Origin: Heterodontus francisci
Lineage: Eukaryota
Direction of reading: 5' to 3'
Length of the DNA: 64,000 nucleotides
Assembly: GCF_036365525.1 (NCBI RefSeq)
Contig: NC_090399.1
Span: forward strand, 46,532,430 to 46,596,429
Both the position numbers and the translations under genes were made by a program. Below, in pieces: positions 1-11,019 of the stretch (position 1 is the stretch's first letter; every line of letters begins with the position of its first letter). The notes beneath the pieces are model-generated. The model saw nothing but the letters and a program-made list of their open reading frames with translations, had not been told where the DNA came from and made no database searches.

Positions 1-1631
1 CTGCATTGTCAGAGAGTCAGTACTGAGGGAGTACTGCACTGTCAGAGGGTCAGAACTGAGGGTGTCCTGCACTTTCAGAGGGTCAGCACTGAGGGAGTGC
101 TGCATTGTCAGAGGCTTAGTAATGAGGGAGTGCTGCACTGTCGGAGGGTCAGTACTGACGGAGTGCAGCACTGTCAGAGGGGCAGAAGTGAGGGAGTGCT
201 GCACTGTTGGGGGTCAGTATTGAGGGAGTGCTGCACTGTGAGAGGGTCAGTACTGAGAGAGTGCAGCACTGTCAGAGGGTCAGAACTGAGGGAGTGCAGC
301 ACTGTCAGCGGGTCAGCACTGAGGGTGTGCTGCTCCATCAGAGGTTCAATAATGAGCGAGTGCTGGACTGTCAGAGGGTTAGTAATGAGGGAGTGCTGCT
401 CTGTCAGAAGGTCAGTACTGAGGGAGTGCTGCTCTGTCAGAGGGTCAGTACTGAGGGAGTGCTGCTCTGTCTGTCGGTCAGTAAACAGGGAGTGCTGCTC
501 TGTCTGTCGGTCAGTACTCAGGGAGTGCTGCTCTGTCTGTCGGTCAGTACTCAGGGAGTGCTGCTCTGTCAGAGGGACAGTATTGAAGGAGTGCTGCTCT
601 GTCAAAGGGTCAGTGCTGAGAGAGTGCTGCACTGACGGAGGGTAAGTACTGAGGGAGTGCTGCATTGTCAGAGAGTCAGTACTGAGGGAGTACTGCACTG
701 TCAGAGGGTCAGTACTGAGGGAGTGCTGCACTGTCAGAGGGTCAGAACTGAGGGTGTCCTGCACTTTCAGAGGGTCAGCACTGAGGGAGTGCTGCATTGT
801 CAGAGGCTTAGTAATGAGGGAGTGCTGCACTGTCAGAGGGTTAGTACTGAGGGAGTGCTACATTCTCAGAGGGTCAGTATTGAGGGAGTGCTGAACGGTC
901 AGAAGTTCAGGACTGATGGAGTGCTGCACTGTCGGAGGGGCAGTACTGAGGGACTGCTTCACTGTCAGAGGTTCAGTAATGAGGGAGTGCTGCACTGTTA
1001 GTGGGTCAGTGCTGAGAGTGCTGCACTGTCAGAGTGTTAGGACTGATACAGTGCTGCACTATCAGAGGGTCAGTAATGAGGGAGTGCTGCACGGTCGGAG
1101 AGTCAGTACTGAGGGCGTGCTGCACTGTTAGGGGTCAGTACTGAGTGTGTGCTGCACTGTCAGAGGGTCAGTACTGAGGGAGTGCAGCACTGTCAGAGGG
1201 TCAGTACTGAGGGAGTGCTGCACTGTCAAAGGGTCAGCACTGAGGGAGCGCTGCTCTGTCAGTGGCTCAGTAATGAGGGAGTGCTGCACTGTCAGAGGGA
1301 TATTTCTGAGGGAGTGCTGCTCTGTCAGAAGGTCAGTACAGAGGGACTGCAGAATTGTCAGAGGGTCAGCACTGAGGGAGTGCTGCTCTGTCAGAGACTC
1401 AGTACTGAGGGACTGCTGCTGTGTCAGTGGGTCAGTACTGAGGGACTGTAGCACTGTCAGAGGGTCAGTTCTGAGGGATTGCTGCAGTGTCAGAGGGTCA
1501 GTTCTGAGGGACTGCTGCACTGTCAGAGTGTCAGTATTGTTGGAATGCTGCACTGTCAGACGGTCAGTAATGAAGGTGTGCTGCACTATCGAGGGTTAGT
1601 ACTGAGGGAGTGCTGCACTGTCAGAGGTGCC
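1..1631. repeat. 33-bp minisatellite (GGGAGTGCTGCACTGTCAGAGGGTCAGTACTGA)n, runs off the left edge
   Basis: About 49 degenerate tandem units; the 11-codon periodic ORFs in the track (EGVLHCQRVST etc.) come from this repeat. Confidence 0.97.
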
Positions 1632-2455
1632 CCCCCTTTTAACATTGACCTCTTACGTTTATATTGCCTTTCCTCAATCTTCCTTCCAAAATACATGTGT
1701 TCACACTTCTCTGCATTAAAACCCAGCTGCCGTATGCCTGCCCATTTCACCAGTCTGTCTATTGGAATCTTGGCCATTATCTCTGTGGGGTAAGGGGTGC
1801 TGGAATACAAAGTGGTGGATGTTATACATCAGTTGTACTGAATCTTGGTCAGATCCCACCTGGTTCAGTTCAATCTGTGAACAGCATCTCAGAGAAGATC
1901 ATTTTTCCTTGGAGAGGGTGCAGGGCAGGTTCACCAGAGGGATACATTGGCTGAAAGGGATGTTACCTCAACTTGGCTTGTATTCCCTGGATTATAGAAG
2001 TTTGAGCGGTGATCTAATGGAGATGTTTTTAAGATTAAAATAGTGTTGATACAGGAAAATTATTCCCTCTGATGGGGAATCAAGAATGAGTGGGCATAAT
2101 CTTAATGTTAAAGCTTGCCTGTTTAGGAGGGAGATCAGGAAGAATTTTTTGCACATAAACTGTCGAAAACATCTGGAACTCATTCCTCCAATGGATGTTA
2201 AAAGGAAATAAAATAAATAAAAATAAAAATAAAAAATAAAAAATAAAAAAAATTTAAAAATAAAAAATAAATAAATTTTTTAAAAGAATGTTGGGTAATT
2301 GACGTTTTTAAAACTGAGACCGATATTTTTTATTGGCTAATGGAATAAGGGATTTGGAGAAAAGCTGGGAAAATGGAATTAAGGTGCAGGTCAGCAATGA
2401 TCCAATTTATGGTGTAGCTGGCAGAGGGGCTGAATGGCCTCCCTCAGTTCCAAAT
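1632..2455. mobile_element. CR1-clade LINE 3' fragments (minus piece ~1632-1760, plus piece ~1760-2455) with an internal A-rich tract at 2205-2285
   Basis: RT C-terminal motifs (LVKWA..FNAEKCE, LERVQGRFTR, LGLYSL) and CR1 3' UTR motif GGGGCTGAATGGCCTCC. Confidence 0.85.
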
Positions 2456-2469
2456 GTTGTTCCCTCTGT

Positions 2470-2690
2470 CACTTTCTGTGTCAAACTTTTATCCTCCCTC
2501 GCAATTGATGATGTAAGTATGAGTTTTTATCTGATTGGATCATTCACGATATTTGAAAAGTTTATTTATGTCCACAACTCATACTGTCAGGACGTCAGGG
2601 CTGTGTCACATCCTGTTATTCTGATTAGTTTGTTCGTGCCCAATCAGTACGGAGGTTTCTGAGTCAACAGAATAAGTTCTGGTTTAATAC
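2470..2690 (+). promoter_or_regulatory. MHC-type promoter: X1/X2-like box 2497-2516 and Y box CTGATTGG 2531-2538, plus CRE-like GGACGTCA, CCAAT and AP-1 TGAGTCA
   Basis: CCTCGCAATTGATG resembles the X1 box CCTAGCAACAGATG and is followed exactly 20 nt later by CTGATTGG; it is the only unique sequence upstream of the MHC leader exon. Confidence 0.6.
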
Positions 2691-2694
2691 AATC

Positions 2695-5385
2695 AGGAAC
2701 AGGCACAGTTCACAGACTGAGAGGCACAGTATCAGTACACGACACAGCTAACAGACTGAGAGACACAGTATCAGTACAGGACACAGCTCACAGGCTGAGA
2801 GACACAGTATCAGTACACGACACAGCTAACAGACTGAGAGACACAGTATCAGTACAGGGCACAGTTCACAGACTGAGATACACAGTATCAGTACAGGGAA
2901 CAGCTCACAGACTGAGAGGGACAGTATCAGTACAGGACACAGCTCACAGACTGAGAGGGACAGTATCAGTACACGACACAGCTAACAGACTGAGAGACAC
3001 AGTATCAGTACACGACACAGCTCACAGACTGAGAGGGACAGTATCAGTACAGGACACAGCTCACAGACTGAGAGACACAGGATCAGTACACGACACAGCT
3101 AACAGACTGAGAGACACAGTATCAGTACAGGCACAGTTCACAGACTGAGAGACACAGGATCAGTACACGACACAGCTCACAGACTGAGAGGGACAGTATC
3201 AGTACAGGGCACAGCTCACAGACTGAGAGGGACAGTATCAGTACAGGACACAGCTCACAGACTGAGAGACACAGTATCAGTACACGACACAGCTCACAGA
3301 CTGAGAGGGACAGTATCAGTACAGGACACAGCTCACAGACTGAGAGACACAGTATCAGTACACGACACAGCTAACAGACTGAGAGACACAGTATCAGTAC
3401 AGGACACAGCTCACAGACTGAGAGACACAGTATCAGTACAGGACACAGCTCACAGACTGAGAGACACAGTATCAGTACAGGGCACAGTTCACAGACTGAG
3501 AGGCACAGTATCAGTACACGACACAGCTAACAGACTGAGAGACACAGTATCGGTACAGGACACAGCTCACAGGCTGAGAGACACAGTATCAGTACACGAC
3601 ACAGCTAACAGACTGAGAGACACAGTATCAGTACAGGGCACAGTTCACAGACTGAGATACACAGTATCAGTACAGGGAACAGCTCACAGACTGAGAGGGA
3701 CAGTATCAGTACAGGACACAGCTCACAGACTGAGAGGGACAGTATCAGTACACGACACAGCTAACAGACTGAGAGACACAGTATCAGTACACGACACAGC
3801 TCACAGACTGAGAGGGACAGTATCAGTACAGGACACAGCTCACAGACTGAGAGACACAGGATCAGTACACGACACAGCTAACAGACTGAGAGACACAGTA
3901 TCAGTACAGGCACAGTTCACAGACTGAGAGACACAGGATCAGTACACGACACAGCTCACAGACTGAGAGGGACAGTATCAGTACAGGGCACAGCTCACAG
4001 ACTGAGAGGGACAGTATCAGTACAGGACACAGCTCACAGACTGAGAGACACAGTATCAGTACACGACACAGCTCACAGACTGAGAGGGACAGTATCAGTA
4101 CAGGACACAGCTCACAGACTGAGAGACACAGTATCAGTACACGACACAGCTAACAGACTGAGAGACACAGTATCAGTACAGGGCACAGCTCAGACTGAGA
4201 GGCACAGCATCACTACACGACACAGCTGACAGACTGAGAGACACAGTATCAGTACAGGGCACAGCTCACAGACTGAGAGGGACAGTATCAGTATAGGACA
4301 CAGCTCACAGACTGAGAGACACAGTATCAGTACACGACACAGCTCACAGACTGAGAGGATCAGTACAGGACACAGCTAACAGACTGAGAGACACAGTATC
4401 AGTACAGGACACAGCTCACAGACTGAGAGACACAGGATCAGTACAGGGCACAGCTCTCAGACTGAGAGGCACAGCATCACTACACGACACAGCTGACAGA
4501 CTGAGAGACACAGTATCAGTACACGACACAGCTAACAGACTGAGAGACACAGTATCAGTTCACGACACAGCTCACAGACTGAGAGGATCAGTACAGGACA
4601 CAGCTAACAGACTGAGAGACACAGTATCAGTACAGGACACAGCTCACAGACTGAGAGACACAGGATCAGTACAGGCACAGTTCACAGACTGAGACACAGT
4701 ATCAGTACATGACACAGCTCACAGACTGAGAGACACAGTATCAGTACAGGGCACAGCTCACAGACTGAGAGGGACAGTATCAGTATAGGACACAGCTCAC
4801 AGACTGAGAGGCACAAGATCAGTACAGGCACAGCTCACAGACTGAGAGACACAGTACCAGTACAGGACACAGCTCACAGACTGAGAGGGACAGTATCAGT
4901 ACAGGACACAGCTCACAGACTGAGAGGCACAGCATCAGTACACGACACAGCTCACAGACTGAGAGACACAGTATCAGTACAGGGCACAGCTCACAGACTG
5001 AGAGACACAAGATCAGTACACGACACAGCTCACAGACTGAGAGACACAGTATCAGTACAGGGCACAGCTCACAGACTGAGAGACACAGTACCAGTACAGG
5101 GCACAGCTCACAGACTGAGAGGGACAGTATCAGTACAGGACACAGCTCACAGACTGAGAGACACAGTATCAGTACAGGGCACAGCTCACAGACTGAGAGG
5201 GACAGTATCAGTACAGGACACAGCTCACAGACTGAGAGACACAAGATCAGTACACGACACAGCTCACAGACTGAGAGACACAGTACCAGTACAGGGCACA
5301 GCTCACAGACTGAGAGGGACAGTATCAGTACAGGACACAGCTCACAGACTGAGAGGCACAGTATCAGTACAGGACACAGTTTACT
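2695..5385. repeat. 39-bp minisatellite (ACAGCTCACAGACTGAGAGACACAGTATCAGTACAGGAC)n, about 69 units
   Basis: Direct tandem periodicity; the 13-codon minus-strand ORF (LCLSVCELCPVLI) is a by-product. Confidence 0.98.
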
Positions 5386-5441
5386 GAGAATTGACACTTC
5401 CAGGGAAAGGATTTTCCACAGGCTTCTCCTGCAATGCAACA

Positions 5442-5490
5442 ATGATTGGTCTGATCGTGCTGGTCCTTCTGGGTGGAGGGGTCTGTGCTG
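5442..5490 (+). CDS. MHC class I-like exon 1, signal peptide MIGLIVLVLLGGGVCA(G)
   Basis: ACAATG start, 16 hydrophobic codons plus 1 nt, donor G|GTGAGT; splices in phase to GSHSL of alpha1; too short for the ORF track. Confidence 0.88.
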
Positions 5491-5694
5491 GTGAGTACTA
5501 GGGTCTGTGATGGGCAGTGCCAATCTGGGTACTGGGGTATTAACCCTTGGTTAATGGGTAATGGAGTCTGAGAGGGTCTCGGTGCCAGGCTGGATACTGA
5601 TGGTGGAGACAGAGAGAGAGAGAGAGAGAAACCATGGTTGGGCAGACTGGGGGGAACAGTTTGGGTTCTGAGAGACAGAGGCATGGGGCTGGAG

Positions 5695-6070
5695 ACTGGA
5701 GAACATAGTAACAGGAGCAGGCTGTTCATCCCTTCAAGCATGTTCTATCACTCAAGTAAATCATGGCTGAGCTGCACCACAACCCCACTTTCCACCTTTG
5801 CTCTCTTTGCCCTGATACCCTCTTCTAACAAAAATCTACCGCTGTCAGTTTTGAGAACTCTTAGTGACACCCAACATCCACAGCCTTTTGATGGAGAGAG
5901 TTCCAGATTTCCACGGCCCTTTGTATGAAAACACTGTTTCCTGATTTCACTCCTGAACAGCTTGACTCAAACGTTAAGACAATGTCATCTGGTTCTTGAT
6001 TTACCCACCTGATAAAATTGTTCCTCTCGATCTACCCTATTGAATCCTTTTAATATTTTAAACTCCTCGA
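5695..6070 (-). mobile_element. CR1-clade LINE 3' fragment
   Basis: Reverse complement of CR1 3' end (GAACATAG..AACAGGAGCAGGC, GAGTTCCAGATT, CTACCCTAT). Confidence 0.75.
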
Positions 6071-6644
6071 TCATTTCCTCTCATTTCCCCACATTGAACA
6101 ACATCTGCTACAGTTTTATCTGCTTTATTAATCCATCAATGTTCTTCAGCACTTTCCTGTCACTGTCCACACAATTTACTGTGCTACCTGACTTAGTGTT
6201 GTGAGCAAACTCAGATATACAAGTCTCTGGGGTGAAATTCGGAATGGCGCCCCCACCTCACACTGTGTTAACAGCACAAGCTCAAATGCTGAGGTCTGAG
6301 GAGCCTGGATTTTGGGCCTCGGACCTCACCGTTCTGTAGATGATGCTGGAGGAGGAGGCCACACAGATTAGTGCCCCAGGTTCCAGCTAACTGATCAGGT
6401 TGGATCACAGTGGGTCTGGACGAGGAATGAGTAGGGCTCAGAATGTGTGGTGTGGGGTTCAGTGGAGGATTGGGGAGAGAGAACACCGGCCACGGGAGTA
6501 CGATTTGGGGGTCAGGAGGGTTCTGTGGGATTGGAGGTAGGGTATTGGTAGTTTGAGATTCATGTCCTGATGTCTCTCTCTTTGTGTCAGGTTGGTGTTT
6601 TCAGCTTCAAGTCTGGATGTTTCCTCTCTCTCTGTGGTGTTTTG

Positions 6645-7888
6645 TGTTTGATAAATTTATTCGAGTTCTTTGAGTATGTAACAAGCAGGGTGGATAAAAG
6701 GGAATCAGTAGATATAGTAGAAATAGATTTTCAAAAGGCATTTAATAAAGGTGCCACATAAAAGGTTATTACAGAAGATAACAGCTCATGGTGTTGGGGG
6801 TAATGTACCAGCAGAGATAAAGATTGGCTAACTAACAGGAAACAGAGTCAGGATAAATGGGGCATTTTCAAGTTGGCAAACTGTATGGGACTGGGGCCTC
6901 AACTATTTACAATCTGTTTTAATGACTTGGTTGAAAGAGCCAAGTGTATTGTAACCAAACTTGTGGAGGATAGAAAGATAAATATGAAAGCAAATTGTGA
7001 GGAGAAATCAAAGTCTCTGCAAAGATATATAGATCGGTTAACTGAGCAGGCAAAAATTTGGCAGCTAGAGTATGATGTGGGAAAATGAGAACTTGTCCAC
7101 TTTGTTGGGAAGAATGGAAAAGCAGAATATTATTTACATGGAGAGACTGCAGAATTCTGCACTACGGAGGGATCTGGGTGCCCTTGTATTTGAATCACAG
7201 AAAGTTAGCATGCAGGTACAGCAAGTAATTAGGAAGGTAAATGGAATGTTGGCCTTTATTGCAAGGGGGATGGAGTATAAAAGTAGGGAAGTCTTGCTAC
7301 AACTGTACAGGGCATTGGTGAGTCCTCACCTAAAGTAATGTGTACAGTTTTGGTCTTCTTATTTAAGGAGGGACAAACCTGCATTGGAGGGAGTTCAGAT
7401 AAGGTTAACTTGGCTGAGTACTGGGATAGAGAGGTTGTCTTATGAGGAAAGGTTAAGCGGGTTGGGCCGATACTCATTGGAGTTTTCAAAAATGAGAGTT
7501 GATCTTATTGAAGCATATAAAATTCTGAGGGGGCTTGATAGGGTAGATGCTGAGAGGATGTTTCCCCTCATAGGGGAATCTCGAACTAGGGGGCAGAGTT
7601 CAGAATAAGGGGTCTCCCATTTAAGACAGAAATAAGGAGGAATTTCTTCTCTCTGAGGGTCATTAATCTTTGGAATTCTCTACCTCAGAGAGCAGTGGAA
7701 GCTGGGTCATTGAATATATTCTAGGCAGAGTTAGATATTTTATCTACAAGGGAGTCAAGGGTGATGAGGGACAGCAGGAAAGTGGAGTTAAGGCCAGTAG
7801 CAGATCAACCATGATCTTATTAAATGGCAGAGCAGGCTCGAGGGGCAGAATGGCCTACTCCTGTTCCGAGTTCAAATGTTCTTCTGTT
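6645..7888 (+). mobile_element. CR1-clade LINE, 5'-truncated RT region
   Basis: NLFEFFE..VD..DFQKAF, LGPQLFTI, LYRALV, CR1 3' UTR; many stops and frameshifts. Confidence 0.92.
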
Positions 7889-9207
7889 TTGGGGGTTCAT
7901 GCCCTGATGTCTCTCAGTGGGGGGGGGGGGGGTGGGGGTTGGTGTTTTGGGGTTCATGCGCTGAACCAGAACTGGACACAATACTCTAGTTGTGACCTTG
8001 CCAGAGCTTCGTAAAGGTTCGGCATTACTTACCTGCTTTTGTACTCAGTACTTCTATTTATGAAGCCCAAGATGCCGTATGCTTTCTCAATATGTCCTAC
8101 CACCGCAAAGATCTGTGTACATGGATCCCAAGGTCCCTCTGTCCTTGTACATTCTTCAGAACTGTGCCATGAATTCTACATTGTCTTTCCCCATCCCTTC
8201 TGCCAAAATGCATCACCTCACATTTCTCTCTATGAAATTTCGTCTGCCACTTGCCTGCCCATTCTGCTAGCCTATCTCTGTTCTGTTGCAGTTGATTGGT
8301 ATCATCCTCACTGTTTGCCGCACTTTCAAGTTTGGTATCATCAGCAAATTTTGAAATTTTGCTCTGTTTTCCAGTATCCATGTTATTTATATACATCAAA
8401 AAAGCAATGGTTCTAACACTGAACTTTGGGGAAGACCATTGCCTACCATCCCCCATTCTAAAAAAAAACAACCATTTACTATGATGTGCTGCTTTCTGAC
8501 CTCAAGCCAATTTAAAAAAAATTGAATCTCACACTGACTCTCCTATTTCATGAGCCTAAATGTTAACCCGCCTTTTCTGTGGTACATTGTCAAACGATTT
8601 CCTAAAATCCATGTAGAAATATCCACTGCATTCCCTTTATCAAACTTCAGTTACTTCATCAAAAAATTCAAATAGATTAGTCAGGCACGCTCTGCCTTTT
8701 GCAAATCTGTGTTGGCTTTCCTTAATTAATTCATACCTCTCCATGTGGCTGTTGATTTTTTCCCCGATTATTGTTTCTAAAATCTTATCCACCACTGATA
8801 TTAAACTGAATGACCTATCGTTAGTAGGAGTGCCCTGACATTCTTTCTTGAATAACAGCATCACATTTGCCACTCTCCAATTCTCTGGCACTGCCACTGT
8901 ATTTAGGGAAGATTGGAAGATTATGGAAAGGCCTTCTGCTATCTTCACTCCCACTTCCTTTCGAAACCTGGGATACAAGCCATCCAGAGCAGGTGACTTA
9001 TCGACTCTAAGTCTAGCCAGCCTTTTCAGTACATCCTTCCTATCAATTTTCACCCTATTCATTATCTCTGCCATCTCTGCCTCATATCTCCACTCATATC
9101 TTGCCAGCATTCTCTTCCTCAGTAAACACCAATGCAAAATACTCATACCTTCTTTCTCCCTAATAGCATTCACGCTTTCACGTTGCCTCTTACTACCTAC
9201 TTGCTAC

Positions 9208-10260
9208 TGTTACAGCTGAGGTGGAAGGAATGCACTGTTAATTGAGTCCCACCTCTCCACAGGTCACAGCATATCAATAAATTTTTCCACATACTGAAAC
9301 AGCCAATTAGATACTCCATTTGTCCCCAGAATAAAGCACACAATCCAGGTTGCTTTAAAATTATCTGTTTATTATAAAACCAAATCTTAACCAATAATGA
9401 AGTAAATATATACACCAATCGAAATATTAAAGCCTCATATTGTTATCTTAGCCCTCATGCACACGCACATACATCCAAAAACCTGTTACCTAGGAAAAAA
9501 GGGATTTTTGTTTATAGCTGCTTCAAAGGAATAAAAGGAATAATAAAAAAAACTTGGACTCCAATGATCTGAAAGAAAGTGCTTTGGTTTGGCGAGGTGT
9601 CCCAAAGTCGAATAGTTGGATGCCACTCGAAGTCTTTCCAGGCGAGGTTGATGAACAGTCTGTGTTGCGTAGGCGTTCAAAGAAAGCTTCACATAAGTCT
9701 TCCATCAGGGGTGTCGCAACAGGTGTCAGTTCTCACATTCGATGCTAAAGTTCTTTTCAAGATGTAAGATTTCTGAAAACATTCAGGGTTTCTTCAAAAA
9801 TGCAGGAGGCAACAATACCACGTCATACAAGCTTTTGCTTTTCAACAGCAAGGATTCTTTACAGAGAGGTAATAATTGTCTTGTTCTTCTTCTGATCTCC
9901 TGGCAGGTCTATCTCAAATTCCAATTGCCTGCTTTAGTCCAAACCCACTGGCTTTTAAAGTTCAAAATGAAACTAAATCTTGCCAAGCAAGTCCTATGGC
10001 AATCATAAATGCTCTCTTGTCATACAAAGGGTAGATCTTAGGTCAAACCCCCTGCTAGTTTCCTTGAAATCACTTGGTTTCCAGTATTTGTTTACTGGTC
10101 AAAACCAGGAACCTCTTGTTGACCTTGTTTTTTAAAAAAAAAATATAGCATCCATAAAGTTCAGCTATCTCCAGATGTTTTAATGTCCGCTGAAATCCTT
10201 TTCAGCTTTTTAAAAAAATATAGATTCTCTAGTTTTAATGAAAAAAAAGGAAATATAACA
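9208..10260. mobile_element. Solo LTR (~1050 bp)
   Basis: TGTTA...TAACA inverted termini, imperfect 4-bp TSD CTAC/TTAC, interrupts a CR1. Confidence 0.75.
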
Positions 10261-11019
10261 TTACACGCATGCTAGTAGATAATTTTTGGGTTCCCTTTGA
10301 GCCACCATTATATTCTTATACTCTCTTTCCCAGTTTTATCTTTCTTTTCACTCCCCCTCTCAACTTATTGTTTTTGGCCTGGTTCTCACTTGTCGCTTTC
10401 ACCTGATGTGCATCATATGCCATCTTTTGCTTCATCATCATCTTTACCTCCCTCACCATCTAGGAACCTGGGCTTTGGTTCCCCCGTCTTTCCCTCTGTT
10501 GGAATTTCCTAGTCTGCACTTGAAACACCGCCTCCTTAAAGATCACCCATTGTTCCATTACAGATGTTCCTGTCAATCTTTGGTTCCAACTTACCCGGGC
10601 TAGATCCTCACACATCCCATTGAAGTTAACCCTCTTTCAGGTTGGAAGTTCTACTTTAGATTGTTCCTTGCACTTCTCCATGACTAATCTAAACTTATGT
10701 TACGGTGATGACTCTCACCCAAATATTCTCCTAAAGACACTTGGTCTACTTGAACCACCTTATTCCCAGTACTAGATCCAGCAATGCCTCCTTCCTAGCT
10801 GAACAGAGAACATAATGGTCAAAGAATTCCCCTGCACACATTTCAGAAATTCCTCCCCCTCCTTAACCTTTATTCTAACATTATCCCAATCGATATTTGG
10901 GTAATTAAAGTCTGCAATGTCAGTTCTCTATAGTTCTTGCACATCTCTGTGATTTCCCTGCAGATTCGCTCCTCTCTCTCTCACTATTTGTAGGCTTGTA
11001 AAATACCACCAGTAGTGTG

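Noticed and set aside
2205-2285. A-rich tract as the tail of a processed pseudogene
   Set aside because: Lies inside a continuous CR1 3' region with no gene body; simple microsatellite expansion
1-5385. 33-bp and 39-bp arrays as CRISPR arrays or repetitive-protein genes
   Set aside because: Head-to-tail units with no unique spacers, no cas genes and a vertebrate context; ORFs arise because unit lengths are multiples of 3
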